Shown piece by piece: positions 36,701-49,608 of a stretch of DNA of 64,000 bases. Source of the DNA: Eledone cirrhosa (Eukaryota). The stretch spans positions 190,402,001 to 190,466,000 of the forward strand of contig OZ024743.1 in the NCBI GenBank assembly GCA_964016885.1, read 5' to 3'. Under the pieces are notes generated by a model. It searched no databases, was not told the origin of the DNA, and saw nothing but the letters and a program-made list of their open reading frames with translations. A program made the translations under genes and the position numbers. The first letter of the stretch is position 1. Every line of letters begins with the position of its first letter.

Positions 36701-39700
36701 ATAAACATACAGAATATTTTCGAATATTCTATGTCTATATTCACATATATATCGCTATTTCAGAGCATTTATTCCAATTTCTAATTTCTGCCGGACCGGC
36801 AACCGCTCTTTCAAACCAGTTACTGTACACAGCTAAGTATTCTATAAGTCTCTAGCTGTGTCATTCTCGATAAAAGCACTGGATATGTAGTCCTGATGAT
36901 TTCTAACAAGAATGAAACGCGTAGATTACTTCCCTTGCTTTTATCGAGAATCTAATTGTAATACGTGACGTATTCTATTCTATAGCGATTAGGTCTTCAA
37001 AATGTTTATTATAAACATACAGAATATTTTCGAATATTCTATGTCTATATTCACATATATATCGCTATTTCAGAGCATTTATTCCAATTTCTAATTTCTG
37101 CCGGACCGGCAACCGCTCTTTCAAACCAGTTACTGTACACAGCTAAGTATTCTATAAGTCTCTAGCTGTGTCATTCTCGATAAAAGCACTGGATATGTAG
37201 TCCTGATGATTTCTAACAAGAATGAAACGCGTAGATTACTTCCCTTGCTTTTATCGAGAATCTAATTGTAATACGTGACGTATTCTATTCTATAGCGATT
37301 AGGTCTTCAAAATGTTTATTATAAACATACAGAATATTTTCGAATATTCTATGTCTATATTCACATATATATCGCTATTTCAGAGCATTTATTCCAATTT
37401 CTAATTTCTGCCGGACCGGCAACCGCTCTTTCAAACCAGTTACTGTACACAGCTAAGTATTCTATAAGTCTCTAGCTGTGTCATTCTCGATAAAAGCACT
37501 GGATATGTAGTCCTGATGATTTCTAACAAGAATGAAACGCGTAGATTACTTCCCTTGCTTTTATCGAGAATCTAATTGTAATACGTGACGTATTCTATTC
37601 TATAGCGATTAGGTCTTCAAAATGTTTATTATAAACATACAGAATATTTTCGAATATTCTATGTCTATATTCACATATATATCGCTATTTCAGAGCATTT
37701 ATTCCAATTTCTAATTTCTGCCGGACCGGCAACCGCTCTTTCAAACCAGTTACTGTACACAGCTAAGTATTCTATAAGTCTCTAGCTGTGTCATTCTCGA
37801 TAAAAGCACTGGATATGTAGTCCTGATGATTTCTAACAAGAATGAAACGCGTAGATTACTTCCCTTGCTTTTATCGAGAATCTAATTGTAATACGTGACG
37901 TATTCTATTCTATAGCGATTAGGTCTTCAAAATGTTTATTATAAACATACAGAATATTTTCGAATATTCTATGTCTATATTCACATATATATCGCTATTT
38001 CAGAGCATTTATTCCAATTTCTAATTTCTGCCGGACTTGCAACCGCTCTTTCAAACCAGTTACTGTACACAGCTAAGTATTCTATAAGTCTCTAGCTGTG
38101 TCATTCTCGATAAAAGCACTGGATATGTAGTCCTGATGATTTCTAACAAGAATGAAACGCGTAGATTACTTCCCTTGCTTTTATCGAGAATCTAATTGTA
38201 ATACGTGACGTATTCTATTCTATAGCGATTAGGTCTTCAAAATGTTTATTATAAACATACAGAATATTTTCGAATATTCTATGTCTATATTCACATATAT
38301 ATCGCTATTTCAGAGCATTTATTCCAATTTCTAATTTCTGCCGGACCGGCAACCGCTCTTTCAAACCAGTTACTGTACACAGCTAAGTATTCTATAAGTC
38401 TCTAGCTGTGTCATTCTCGATAAAAGCACTGGATATGTAGTCCTGATGATTTCTAACAAGAATGAAACGCGTAGATTACTTCCCTTGCTTTTATCGAGAA
38501 TCTAATTGTAATACGTGACGTATTCTATTCTATAGCGATTAGGTCTTCAAAATGTTTATTATAAACATACAGAATATTTTCGAATATTCTATGTCTATAT
38601 TCACATATATATCGCTATTTCAGAGCATTTATTCCAATTTCTAATTTCTGCCGGACCGGCAACCGCTCTTTCAAACCAGTTACTGTACACAGCTAAGTAT
38701 TCTATAAGTCTCTAGCTGTGTCATTCTCGATAAAAGCACTGGATATGTAGTCCTGATGATTTCTAACAAGAATGAAACGCGTAGATTACTTCCCTTGCTT
38801 TTATCGAGAATCTAATTGTAATACGTGACGTATTCTATTCTATAGCGATTAGGTCTTCAAAATGTTTATTATAAACATACAGAATATTTTCGAATATTCT
38901 ATGTCTATATTCACATATATATCGCTATTTCAGAGCATTTATTCCAATTTCTAATTTCTGCCGGACCGGCAACCGCTCTTTCAAACCAGTTACTGTACAC
39001 AGCTAAGTATTCTATAAGTCTCTAGCTGTGTCATTCTCGATAAAAGCACTGGATATGTAGTCCTGATGATTTCTAACAAGAATGAAACGCGTAGATTACT
39101 TCCCTTGCTTTTATCGAGAATCTAATTGTAATACGTGACGTATTCTATTCTATAGCGATTAGGTCTTCAAAATGTTTATTATAAACATACAGAATATTTT
39201 CGAATATTCTATGTCTATATTCACATATATATCGCTATTTCAGAGCATTTATTCCAATTTCTAATTTCTGCCGGACCGGCAACCGCTCTTTCAAACCAGT
39301 TACTGTACACAGCTAAGTATTCTATAAGTCTCTAGCTGTGTCATTCTCGATAAAAGCACTGGATATGTAGTCCTGATGATTTCTAACAAGAATGAAACGC
39401 GTAGATTACTTCCCTTGCTTTTATCGAGAATCTAATTGTAATACGTGACGTATTCTATTCTATAGCGATTAGGTCTTCAAAATGTTTATTATAAACATAC
39501 AGAATATTTTCGAATATTCTATGTCTATATTCACATATATATCGCTATTTCAGAGCATTTATTCCAATTTCTAATTTCTGCCGGACCGGCAACCGCTCTT
39601 TCAAACCAGTTACTGTACACAGCTAAGTATTCTATAAGTCTCTAGCTGTGTCATTCTCGATAAAAGCACTGGATATGTAGTCCTGATGATTTCTAACAAG

Positions 39701-39841
39701 AATGAAACGCGTAGATTACTTCCCTTGCTTTTATCGAGAATCTAATTGTAATACGTGACGTATTCTATTCTATAGCGATTAGGTCTTCAAAATGTTTATT
39801 ATAAACATACAGAATATTTTCGAATATTCTATGTCTATATT

Positions 39842-39852
<11 letters not shown>
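33787..39852 (+). mobile_element. Retrozyme-like tandem array, family B right (inverted) arm: about 19.6 copies
   Basis: Reverse complement monomer. Twenty hammerheads from 33787 to 39677, every 310 bp. The arm ends in (TA)n. Confidence 0.92.
34097..34139 (+). ncRNA. Type I hammerhead ribozyme, family B (representative of 20 plus-strand copies), predicted cleavage after GUA at 34133
   Basis: Helix I GUAGUC/GAUUAC, extended by the 16-bp stem AUUCUCGAUAAAAGCA/UGCUUUUAUCGAGAAU. Core CUGAUGA, helix II UUCU-AACA-AGAA, GAAA, palindromic helix III ACGCGU. Confidence 0.94.
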
Positions 39853-39915
<63 letters not shown>

Positions 39916-41129
39916 TATATATGCATATATGTATGTTTATATATGTATGTGTGTCACATACATATTTACAATTATGATTTATTTTCCTATCGTTCAATAT
40001 TATTAGCTAGGGATTGGTCTAAAGCCAATTGACTAGACCTTAGTATATGAATGTTTCTTATTTTACGAATAAAACAGGATAAAGAAGCAATGCTGCGCCT
40101 CGGGGTGGAGGTGAATTGAAAATCTACAAACTCAAATCTGTAAGGCATTGAATTAAATTCAGTAGACGTTTTTTTTTCTTCTTCCATGCACACGCATATA
40201 AACAACAATAATTACAAATATAATTACAATATTAATAAAATACTTCCTACGTACGTTATGATAGAATGTACTAACAATACTTATGAGACCGTCTGCAGAG
40301 TAAGACCTACTAATATGGTTAATTGGACTGAAAGGTTCTATCAGCAAGCTTTATAATAAAAAGGAATTTTTCCAAGTACATAAGCCAATGAATTCAATAG
40401 ATGTAATTTAACTGACAGATTTCTGCTGGAAGCAAAAGCTTGACATCTTTCCCCTTAGAGATTAGATAACTTAATCCAGAATGTTCATGTCATGTCTATA
40501 TCAATTAGCACTTCGAATCTGACATACATTTAATCTTGTCAACTACTTGAGAAAGGTCTGGGCTATTAAGAATCACTGATTTCTAGAGTGTATCTCCAAA
40601 TATTGCCAAGGTGGTCGGTCGATTGCTTGAAATGGACATTTGTCATGGTCTTTCAGAAGCCTTCATTGTGTTATTTGATAGATTATTACATTGTGATTGT
40701 AATCGAATTAATTCCAATAATATTATAAATGATTAATATGATTGCACTTATTTGAACAACTTGCTATCTAGAACTAGGATAACACAGAGAGAATTAACTA
40801 TTGTCTACCTATTTTTATGGTGGTGCATATCATTGCTTTTTCTCTCGTATTTCTTCTAGACAGAATGGTGAAGAAGGCTGTATTGTGTCTTTGTAGTACA
40901 TGTATTAAAATAGTAGGCTTAGTGAGAAATACATTCAAATCTATAAAATAAATACTTGTAATATACTAGAGTTTTTTTATTACAATCATTAGTCATACTT
41001 GCATTGCGTGTTGTTACTGCATTAGGTTGTTGCTATATATGTTAAATTGGAAGTACTTTTCTTAACATGAGTTCTGTGGCAAATAATGATATTTTCTGTA
41101 TGTCGCATATATTTGTAAGTTCTGAGGTT

Positions 41130-41640
41130 TCGGTTATATATCTCCATGAGTGTGTATTTTCCATTATTATTCTCAAAGTAAATATTTTAGGAACTGTTTC
41201 CGTTTTCATCATCTATATTCAGATTATGCTTTTCTCCAGATCTTTATATTGTGATAATTTTTCCATTTCCTAGAGTGATATATTGTTGTATGTTGTGACT
41301 GATGATACATCGATTAGAATGTATATCTTTTGGAATCTTTGAGTATAATATCTTGTGGTTGGTTTTGATATCTCTGTGTCATATACCAGAATAATGTTGT
41401 TTTGTCATTCTCTGACACATTTCCTAGTGTATGATTGCACCACCACTTTTCTGTTGGAATGTCATAATGCTGAAATACATTCCAGTGTATATATATTCCA
41501 AATATGTAACATCTGTGGATATGTGTGAGTTGTTATGGCTAAGCCTTGACAGCAAGACAATTTGGTTAAATTCTTCTTCCCCGCTCAAACATATTTAGCA
41601 GCTACTGTTTTTTACTTCATTCTGTACTTTCTGGCTGAGA
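41130..41640 (-). mobile_element. Decayed non-LTR retrotransposon with restriction-like endonuclease (R4/Dong-like)
   Basis: Minus-strand frame fragments NQPQDIILKD..LIDVS..NNISL*EMEKLSQYKDLE...MKTETVP resemble the PD..D/E..K..KY RLE domain, with stops and frameshifts. Confidence 0.6.
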
Positions 41641-42665
41641 GATTTTGATAGAAACATTCTGCATGCTCTCGTCCAGTGTCAGTGCTGACTTGTGGCGATT
41701 TATCGAACTGCTGTTGTCTATCTGCAGACTCAATCGTAAAGATTTCCCCGCTGCCTTACCTTTGTCAGGAAGGGCGGTCAGGCTTCCCTTGACTGATAGC
41801 TATGGCGAGAGAGGTTTCGGGTTACATGAGAATGAAAAGACTGAAGACACACGGATTCTTCAGTCAAGCCCTCGTTGACATTTTCAAGTTCATCATGGAA
41901 AGGATATTGAGAAATAAAAGATAAGTGCTGACTACACCTCGGTCTATTTGTTAAAAGGTCGGTGAATGAAGCGATAATGGCCCGAGTGATTGCGCTTACT
42001 CTAAAATGGGTCTGTAGGCTGGAAAAGTGATGGGTATTTGTGTATGGTGCCTTTTGGGTAAGGACATAACGAAGCTGTAGGATTATTTTAATTACACCTA
42101 AGACGTGTTCTCCCAGTTGGGGAACTCTGTTATTATTTATTGCTATCTTGTTACCCATCAGCTGAAATGAGAACACAAAAAGGTAAATAAGTGAATATAT
42201 ATTGAATTTTTTTTACTTTTTGAAATTGTACAAACGTCCACAAATTGTACAAAATGTTTTTTATATGTATATAGTGTTAAGACTTTAGAATATTCTGGAA
42301 GGTGCATGCGTCTCATATTGTTTCGACAATAGTAGTTTCGCCCAATGAGTGATACTTGTCCTAATTTCGACCAATCCATTTTGCTTGCCAAATATTTGCA
42401 CATCTTCCTTTTTCGTGTGTGGATTATTTTACGTTGCTTTAGTTGTAATATTTAGTTGTAATATTTAACCCTTTTCCCTTTGTGTTGTATATCTTTGTCA
42501 GTCTATCCTTGGTATCTATGTTTTGTAGTGACCCGTTTAATAAAGACTTAGGTTTCCCGATGTTCATTCTTATTTTCTTGATTTGACCATTCAAAAGCTT
42601 CTTCCACCAAGGTTCTGTCATTTCTCGTCTATTTTCCCTTATTATTACTATTATTATCATTAGTA

Positions 42666-42845
42666 TCAGTTGAGCGTCGGACAACGTGCTTCACGGTAAA
42701 GTTACGGCTCTTTACGTTCTAAGTTCAAATACTGTCGAGGTTATCTTTGCCTTTCATCTTTACGAAGTCGATGAAATAAAGTACCAGTAATGCACTGGGT
42801 TCAATTTCATCGATTTTCCCCTGCCCAAAATATTCTGGCCTTGTG
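42666..42845 (+). mobile_element. tRNA-derived SINE (octopus-type core)
   Basis: B-box-like AGTTCAAAT and core CGAGGTT..CTTTGCCTTTCATC..GTCGAT.AAATAAAGTACCAGTAATGCAC, shared with three other copies in the window. Confidence 0.8.
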
Positions 42846-43985
42846 TCAGAGGGTTGGGCCTGCCATGGCTAATGATGCACAAACATGCGCTGAGGCTGTG
42901 ACAACTCCTGATATTCTGCCTAAAAGGTGAACAGGTGTGGTCGCTATTTGTCAGACGAACCTTTCCGCAGCACATTTCTTCAACTGGGCTGCAGTCCTGT
43001 GTCAAACAGAGACTGAGACTGGGCGCCTGGAATCTGAAATGTTTCCAGGCGCTCACTGCCCTCTACCAGGTGGGCAATGCTGTCAGTGGAACTTCCACTC
43101 AAGAGTTCTATAGAGGAATATTGGTGGGCAAGTGCAACGACGTTCTCGGGGAGATTCTAGGTTCGACGAGAATGAACTAGTCAGTCTTTTCCGGAGGACT
43201 TTTCGAACCGGGGACTATGGACAATTTCCAGAAAACCGTCGCTTGGCAGTGCCACCGAGGAGCCCTGCCGTTCGAAATAAACTCTATAGACGCGTTATTG
43301 CTGTCAGACGGAGCTGTCCGAGATGTGCACAGAGCACAGAAACCGTTTTGCACGCACTCGTCCAGTGCCCGTGTATTGCTGAATTATGGAGTTATGTCGA
43401 ACAACTATTGTCGCGTGGGGGACGGATCCGGCTATCGACCGAGTCCATAGTGAAGATCGCCTCAACACCTTCTTTTGACCGAGAAGAGCAGGCGGTTTCC
43501 CCTGTCTGATAGATGTAGCGGAATAGGTTGTGTGGTGGACGCGAATAAAAGATCTGAAGAGAGACACCTTCCAATTCGGTCGAGCCATCGTTAACTTTTT
43601 AAAGTTCCACTTGGGAAGGAAGATAAGGGTGGAGAGAGAACTGATACTCCCCAGAAAATATTTTAACAGATAGGTGATTGTTGCGAGAATGGCCCGTGTG
43701 AATGGGCTCATTCTGAGCATGCGCATGTAAGCTGGAAAGATAGGGGGAGATAGGAGCGCCCTCCTAGGGTGCTCTTGGAGATGAGGTTGGTTTGGGATTT
43801 ATGGGGTTCCTCACGTCACCCCTCGATAGTATCCTCCCCTATTGGGGAATTTTGTTGCCGATATTTTTATTTTCTTTATTTGTTTTGTTATTTTGTTTAC
43901 TCGATTCCATGTAAATACCCACTATCCACGTCTTTGTATTATCCTTTGTGTTCAGCCTTTGTGGCCAATAATAAAGAAATCATTG
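42846..43985 (+). mobile_element. 5'-truncated L1/Tx1-like LINE (C-terminal zinc knuckle and 3' UTR)
   Basis: VAWQCHRGALP..., RSCPRCAQSTETVLHALVQCPCIAELWSYVEQLL (CxxC-x8-H-x4-C, zf-RVT type), with frameshifts. Ends AATAAAG followed by an ATT-rich tail. Confidence 0.8.
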
Positions 43986-45713
43986 CTATTATAATTATTA
44001 TTATAAGGTCTACCTTGTTTTTCATCCTTACTGGGTCGGTAAAATTTTATTTTACCATACCAGTAACACACTGGAGGCGATTTAATTGACTTTCTTCTGC
44101 CCCAGAAACCATTATTATTATTATTATTATGCATTGCGCACATGTCGCGCGTGTGAAAGATTTCCATTGCGTGCAACTGTTTTCTATTTACCTATTCGTA
44201 CATACAGTGCTATGAATATTTTTAAAGGTCTATACCCATAATGTTTTAGACAACAATAATGTTTGATTTTTTTACAACCGTATCTTTTCGTTGTCTACAT
44301 ACTGGAAAATGTCTTCGAAACTCCCAGTCACGTCCTCAAAACAAAAACTTAAAACCATGACTGTTACATGTATAACCTACATATAAAAAATATTAAATAT
44401 CACGACACTACTTTGAAAAGATTTAAAAGAAAATGGAAATAGCGACTCCATTAAAAACACCTGTGATAAACAATTGTTTCATTTTGGGGTAACAAATAAT
44501 AAAATAAATTCACATGTACACACACGCGCGTGCGCAGTATATGTAAAACAAAATTAATACTTTTACGAATAGTAGTTTTGCCCGTGTTTACAATAAAAGA
44601 AGGAGACTTCAAACAACTAAACACATAGAAAAGCAATAGGCTGGAGAAATCATGTTTAGCGAAACTGAACAGTATATACAAGAATTAGCAAGAAGAAACC
44701 ATATTGAATATTTGTGCAGCCTAAAAAGTGTCGGGTGGTTTTAGTTGCTCTAAAGAGTGTAGCTGGAGGAGGTACTCTCTGGTGTGTAGAAAGTATAATT
44801 TGCTATCCGATAGGGCAAAGATTATGATACAATATTTATGTTTTAGGCCAAAAGATCAACTGCTCATTTACAGTATACAGCATGAATACAAGCTGAAATT
44901 ATAAGGCATTTATCCTCCCTTATTTACTCTTAATATAGGCACAACATCACAGGGAGAAGGACCACGATGGTGACCCCCTTATTATCACATTTTGTATCAC
45001 TACCTGGGCATATGACCAGTGCATAAATAGCAAGGGGTTATATGTGACCAAGCGTGATAAGAATAGATATACAAGTCCTAATGTTCCTTGAAAATTGCGG
45101 AATTTCTTTGTTTAAAGCGTAGAAAAGACGGGCATGAGACTGGTAGTACAGAACAGTGTGCATTTCTGTGACAGCAAAAGCTCATTGCGGAACATTTTTT
45201 CTGAAGAACCGGAAAAGGGAAAATGGATGGAGATCACTGAGATACTTCGCAGGGGCGCGTTTTCAGTAGCAACCCTAGTACACTAAGAGTTGCAGCTTTG
45301 AGGATTGACAGAAAATCTATTGAGAAAATATTCGAACTTAAAAGAAAATGACTTAAGTCACAAAATGTGACCCAGTGAAAAAGCTTTAGTCTTCATAGAT
45401 CTTTGCATAAGGGATGAAGAATGAATAGATGAGTTAGATACACATGAACATTTTGCAAAACGACAAATACTAATTTTCCAAGAAATGGCATGTAAAGCAT
45501 TCGAAAGGAAACAACCTGCTTGCCCTTGTAAGAGTAAATTTCCATGATTAACATATACTTTGTGTACCCAATAATCTGCACGTTGACCCTTGCTCACTTC
45601 GACACCCGCAGTGTTTAAAATGCAACATTCTCCATGTGAATGTAATGCATGATGAGATTGACGATAATCGGAGTCGTGGGGTTATCTAAACTAAACATTT
45701 TATTTTCATTATT

Positions 45714-45894
45714 GGGCGGTAAATTGGCAGTATCGGTAGAGGGTCGGACGCCATGCTTTCCAGCATAGTTACGTCCCTTTACGATCTGAGTTCAAATCTC
45801 GCCGAGGTTGACTTTGCCTTTCATCCGATAAAATAAAGTACCAGTAATGCACCGGGTAATTGCTGGCCTTGTGCCTAAAGTAGAAAAAATTATT
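45714..45894 (+). mobile_element. tRNA-derived SINE, same family
   Basis: TGGCAGTATCGGTAG (A box), GAGTTCAAATC (B box), shared core and tail. Confidence 0.85.
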
Positions 45895-45924
45895 GTATAT
45901 ATAGTAATTGTATACGATCGCGAG

Positions 45925-46300
45925 TACAAGTGGCCGAAATGGCGTTCCGCCGAAGGGTCTTTGGAGTTACGTTACTTGATAGAATGCGTAGCTCGAAGGT
46001 CAGTAAGTAACTCCAGGTAGAGCCACTACTTCTCCGAATTGAGATATCACAGCTCCAGTACTATGGGCATGGGGTTAGAATGTCTCCGAAAAGAATCATT
46101 AGACAGATTTTACGGACAAAACCAACTGGCAGGAGACCGGGGGGGGGGGGAGGTTAGACTCCGAGCACGATGGATGACTGGTCATACTTGGGGATCCAGC
46201 CGGATCAGTTGGAGATGGTTGCTAATGACAGGACCCGCTGGAAGAACTGTTTGAAGAATCTGCCACCACGACCCTCTCAGGAGTACCAATAATAATAAGA
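45925..46300 (+). mobile_element. Decayed LINE 3' end fragment (RTE-like)
   Basis: GVTLLDRMRS..., a degenerate Y/WGH motif, G.R..GR...RW.D region and an AAT tail. Heavily frameshifted. Confidence 0.5.
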
Positions 46301-47179
46301 AGAAATCTACCTACTATATTTGTTATTCGTCAGACAGATATAAACCCATCTTTTCTCTAATTATATTTCTTCCTCTTTCGTCCGACCTCATACGTTTCTG
46401 TAATTTTCATAGTTTTAATGGTATATGTATAGTACGTATAAATGACTATCTCATAATTGTCATGAGTGTTTCATAAAGAAAATATTATTGTTGCTGTTAT
46501 CCTCATAATTATTATTAGTCATCGAATCGGTTAGCGATTCTTTCCATCCTCCAGAGAGCAGGAATATTACTTAGTGTGGATGAAAATCTTTTTAATTTTC
46601 CTCAGATTGTCTGACATGTGAACGTCTCTGAACACACAAACACACCAAACAGTTAAGAAAGAAAGGTATGTAAACATTCAGATGCGAATATAGGTAATAA
46701 AATGAAAGAAAATGACCATGGGAGAAATTTCGTATTTAAACTTATGGACACAGTATGTCAAGTGAATAATTGGAAAATATTTATGACAACCTAGGTGATG
46801 TCAGCTTTGACACACACAATTCTTTGACATCAGATGGCACCCCTTTGTCCGAACAAAAATATTCAATGATGAGCAAAATGAAACTTGTCTTGACAGTTGT
46901 CCGCAAAACAACACCTGGTATAAGGTCTCCAGGAGTATTTGAGGTTATTCACTTGACTGAACACAGCTAGGCGTAACAGACTGCATAAATGTTGTTTTTA
47001 AACATGCTTAATTAAAAAACAAAATAGGCTGAAATAAGACATGCTCCAATCTGCTGGTAAAGACATGATAATTAGTATCAGTATTAGGATGTGTTGCTTT
47101 CTTGTATACATCATCTAAGGGCTCGTTCCTTCCTACTGAGGAATTTTCCTGAGAATGTTTCCTCCTAAGCTCATCAACT

Positions 47180-47550
47180 TTTTCAAGTTTCACGTGGAAA
47201 GATATGTGAGGGAATTGCTGCCCCCTATCCGAGTATATTTGATCGGTGAATGTGGTGAGAGTGGCCCACGTGAGCATGCACCTGTAGACTGGTTGATTTG
47301 AAGGAGAGAGGGGTTCCTTCTCCAAGTGCTCTCGAAGCATTGGGTGGTTCAGAATTGGTGGGGTACCTGAGTCGTTCCTGGGTGATCATCCCCTATTGGG
47401 GAATTTTCATTGTTGTACTTATTTTTTTTATTGTTATTGATTTCATATATATTTTGTACACAATTTTTTGTAAGCTCCCATTGTCCTTGTCTATAGTATT
47501 GTTCTCCATATGTAGGTCTTTGAGGCCATTAAAGAAATAATTATTATTAT
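47180..47550 (+). mobile_element. 3' end of the L1/Tx1-like family seen at 42846-43985
   Basis: Shared AAGTT.CAC.TGG, GGCCC..GTG, CCCCTATTGGGGAATTTT and GGCCA.TAAAGAAAT..TTATT tail. Confidence 0.7.
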
Positions 47551-47869
47551 TTTCTTTATTACAAGCAGCAGCAAAAATAGTAGTAGCAGCAGTAGTAGTA
47601 GTAGTAGTAATAGTAGTTTTTGCTGTTGTTGCTGTTGTTGTAATAGTTCAGGCCAGATATCCCATGAGAACACACTTCAATTCTTCCCATATCAAATTTA
47701 TCCGTGGAATATAAATGACTTTTCCTTTGCTGTTTGTGTTGTGGGGAAGAATCTGTTCTGCTGCCACTGGATTTTCTTCAAAGAATCATTTCCAGGCTGT
47801 ATGTTATTTCTCTGTACACAGCGAAGATTCTAGTAAATCTTTGTAGCAGCAGTGTGTGAGATATTGATA

Positions 47870-48000
47870 GGGATTATGATGCTGCTGTTTATGATGATAA
47901 TAATGGTGATGGTGATGACTATGATAATGATGATGATGGTGGTGGTTGTTGTAGTGATGATGATGATCATCATGATGGTGGTGATGGTGAATGATGAGAA
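47870..48000. repeat. (ATG/GTG)n trinucleotide microsatellite
   Basis: Direct reading. Confidence 0.9.
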
Positions 48001-49448
48001 GGGTGGTGAGTGTGATGCTGATATGGGTGGTAGCAAGAACGTCGTTCATGGAATAGTAATCAATTGAGCTGTTTGACAGGTCGATAGCCAGATCTAATTA
48101 TCAAGACAAGTTGGAGTGGAATTAACCTAATCTTATTGCTTCAAAAGAAACCAGAAAAACTACTCCCCACCCCAACAGAAAATAAGAAAGAAACTGGAAA
48201 ATCGGAAAGAGAGAAAAATCTGAGAAAAGCAGAGTTCTGTCTGAAATATATCTATTCCCCTAGATTTATTTTCTTTCTCATGCTCAAATGCATCCATCCC
48301 ACCCACACATGTATGCATACATATATATATATATATATATATACATATATGTGTGTATGGGTGTATGTGTACATATACTTACATATACATGTGTGTGGAC
48401 ACAGACACACACACACATACACATTTTTGTGTGCTTATGTGCATATATATATATGCACGCATGCATGTGTGTGTGTGTACACATACATATATATGTGTGT
48501 GTGTGGACACGGACACACACACATACACTTTTGTGTGCTTACGTGCATATATATATATATATATATATAAACCTGTTTCCATCAAACATACTGATTTGAA
48601 GTAAGCTTCAAAAATAACTGTGTTGAGAATAGAAAATAATTCAATTAACAATGAATGATAGTGTTCCAAAATAAATTAAGCAAGAAACATTCCTTCTATT
48701 GTATGTTTAGAATTTGCTTTAAACCCTTTTAACACATGAATATCTTGTTTTTCTTTGTAATTGTTTTACGTTTTATTTTTTTAAAGGGAGTATATATTTT
48801 ATATTTATTTTTCTCAAAATATAAATGATGGAAAAATTCAACAACAAACGCACTGAAAACAGAACTACAGCTGTAACAACTACATTTGACATTTGTTTAT
48901 TTATTGGTTTACTCTAGAATGTAATTTGAACTTTGAGAATCCCAAAGCATGTTAAAACTATTCTTTTGTTTTTTAAATTATTTTTCATTTTATTTTAAAA
49001 ATAATTTTTATTTTATTTTTACTTTCTTATGCATTCCTTGGATGTCTGCAAAGCAATTAATATTACTAAATTTTAAGAGATTTTTACATGTGGTAACTGT
49101 TATTCATTCCTCCCAATTAGAATGAAATAAATGGTATATCAAACTTTACCGTTGTAACGGACAGACAAGAAATCCTGATATTTGACTTTCACATCATTAA
49201 TTATTGATGTTTTTCTTAAGGTCAAATTATTATTTTTTTTATTTATTTATTTTTTTTCTCTGGAAAGAAAATTGTAGATGTCAAACTATATTACTAGTAT
49301 TCATAATATTGACTACTGCAAAAATGACTAATAAAGAATGTTTCATATACTGACTTGGAATGCATTTGAAATAAGAATGCTATGAAATGAAATACAATAT
49401 ATCTGTACATTCGTTATGTCTGATCCTCCATACTTTCATTATTAACAC

Positions 49449-49608
49449 AGGTGGTGGATTGGCAGTATCAGTAGAGGGTCGGACGCCATGCTTTGATACA
49501 TAGAGTTACGGCCCTTTCCAATCTGAGTTCAAATCCCGCCGAGGTTAACTTTCCCTTTCATCCTTACGGGGTCGATAAAATACAGTACCAGTAATGCACC
49601 GGGTAATT
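49449..49608 (+). mobile_element. tRNA-derived SINE interrupted by an RTE insertion (tail resumes at 51904-51940)
   Basis: Close match to 45714-45860 up to GGGTAATT. The continuation GCTGGCCTTGTGCC lies after the RTE tail. Confidence 0.85.

Noticed and set aside
44750-45620. Moderately GC-rich stretch that might be a decayed DNA transposon
   Set aside because: No recognisable transposase motif or terminal inverted repeats.
46606-46666. Possible exon bounded by TTTTCCTCAG and GTATGT
   Set aside because: Isolated splice-like signals with no supporting reading frame or neighbouring exons.
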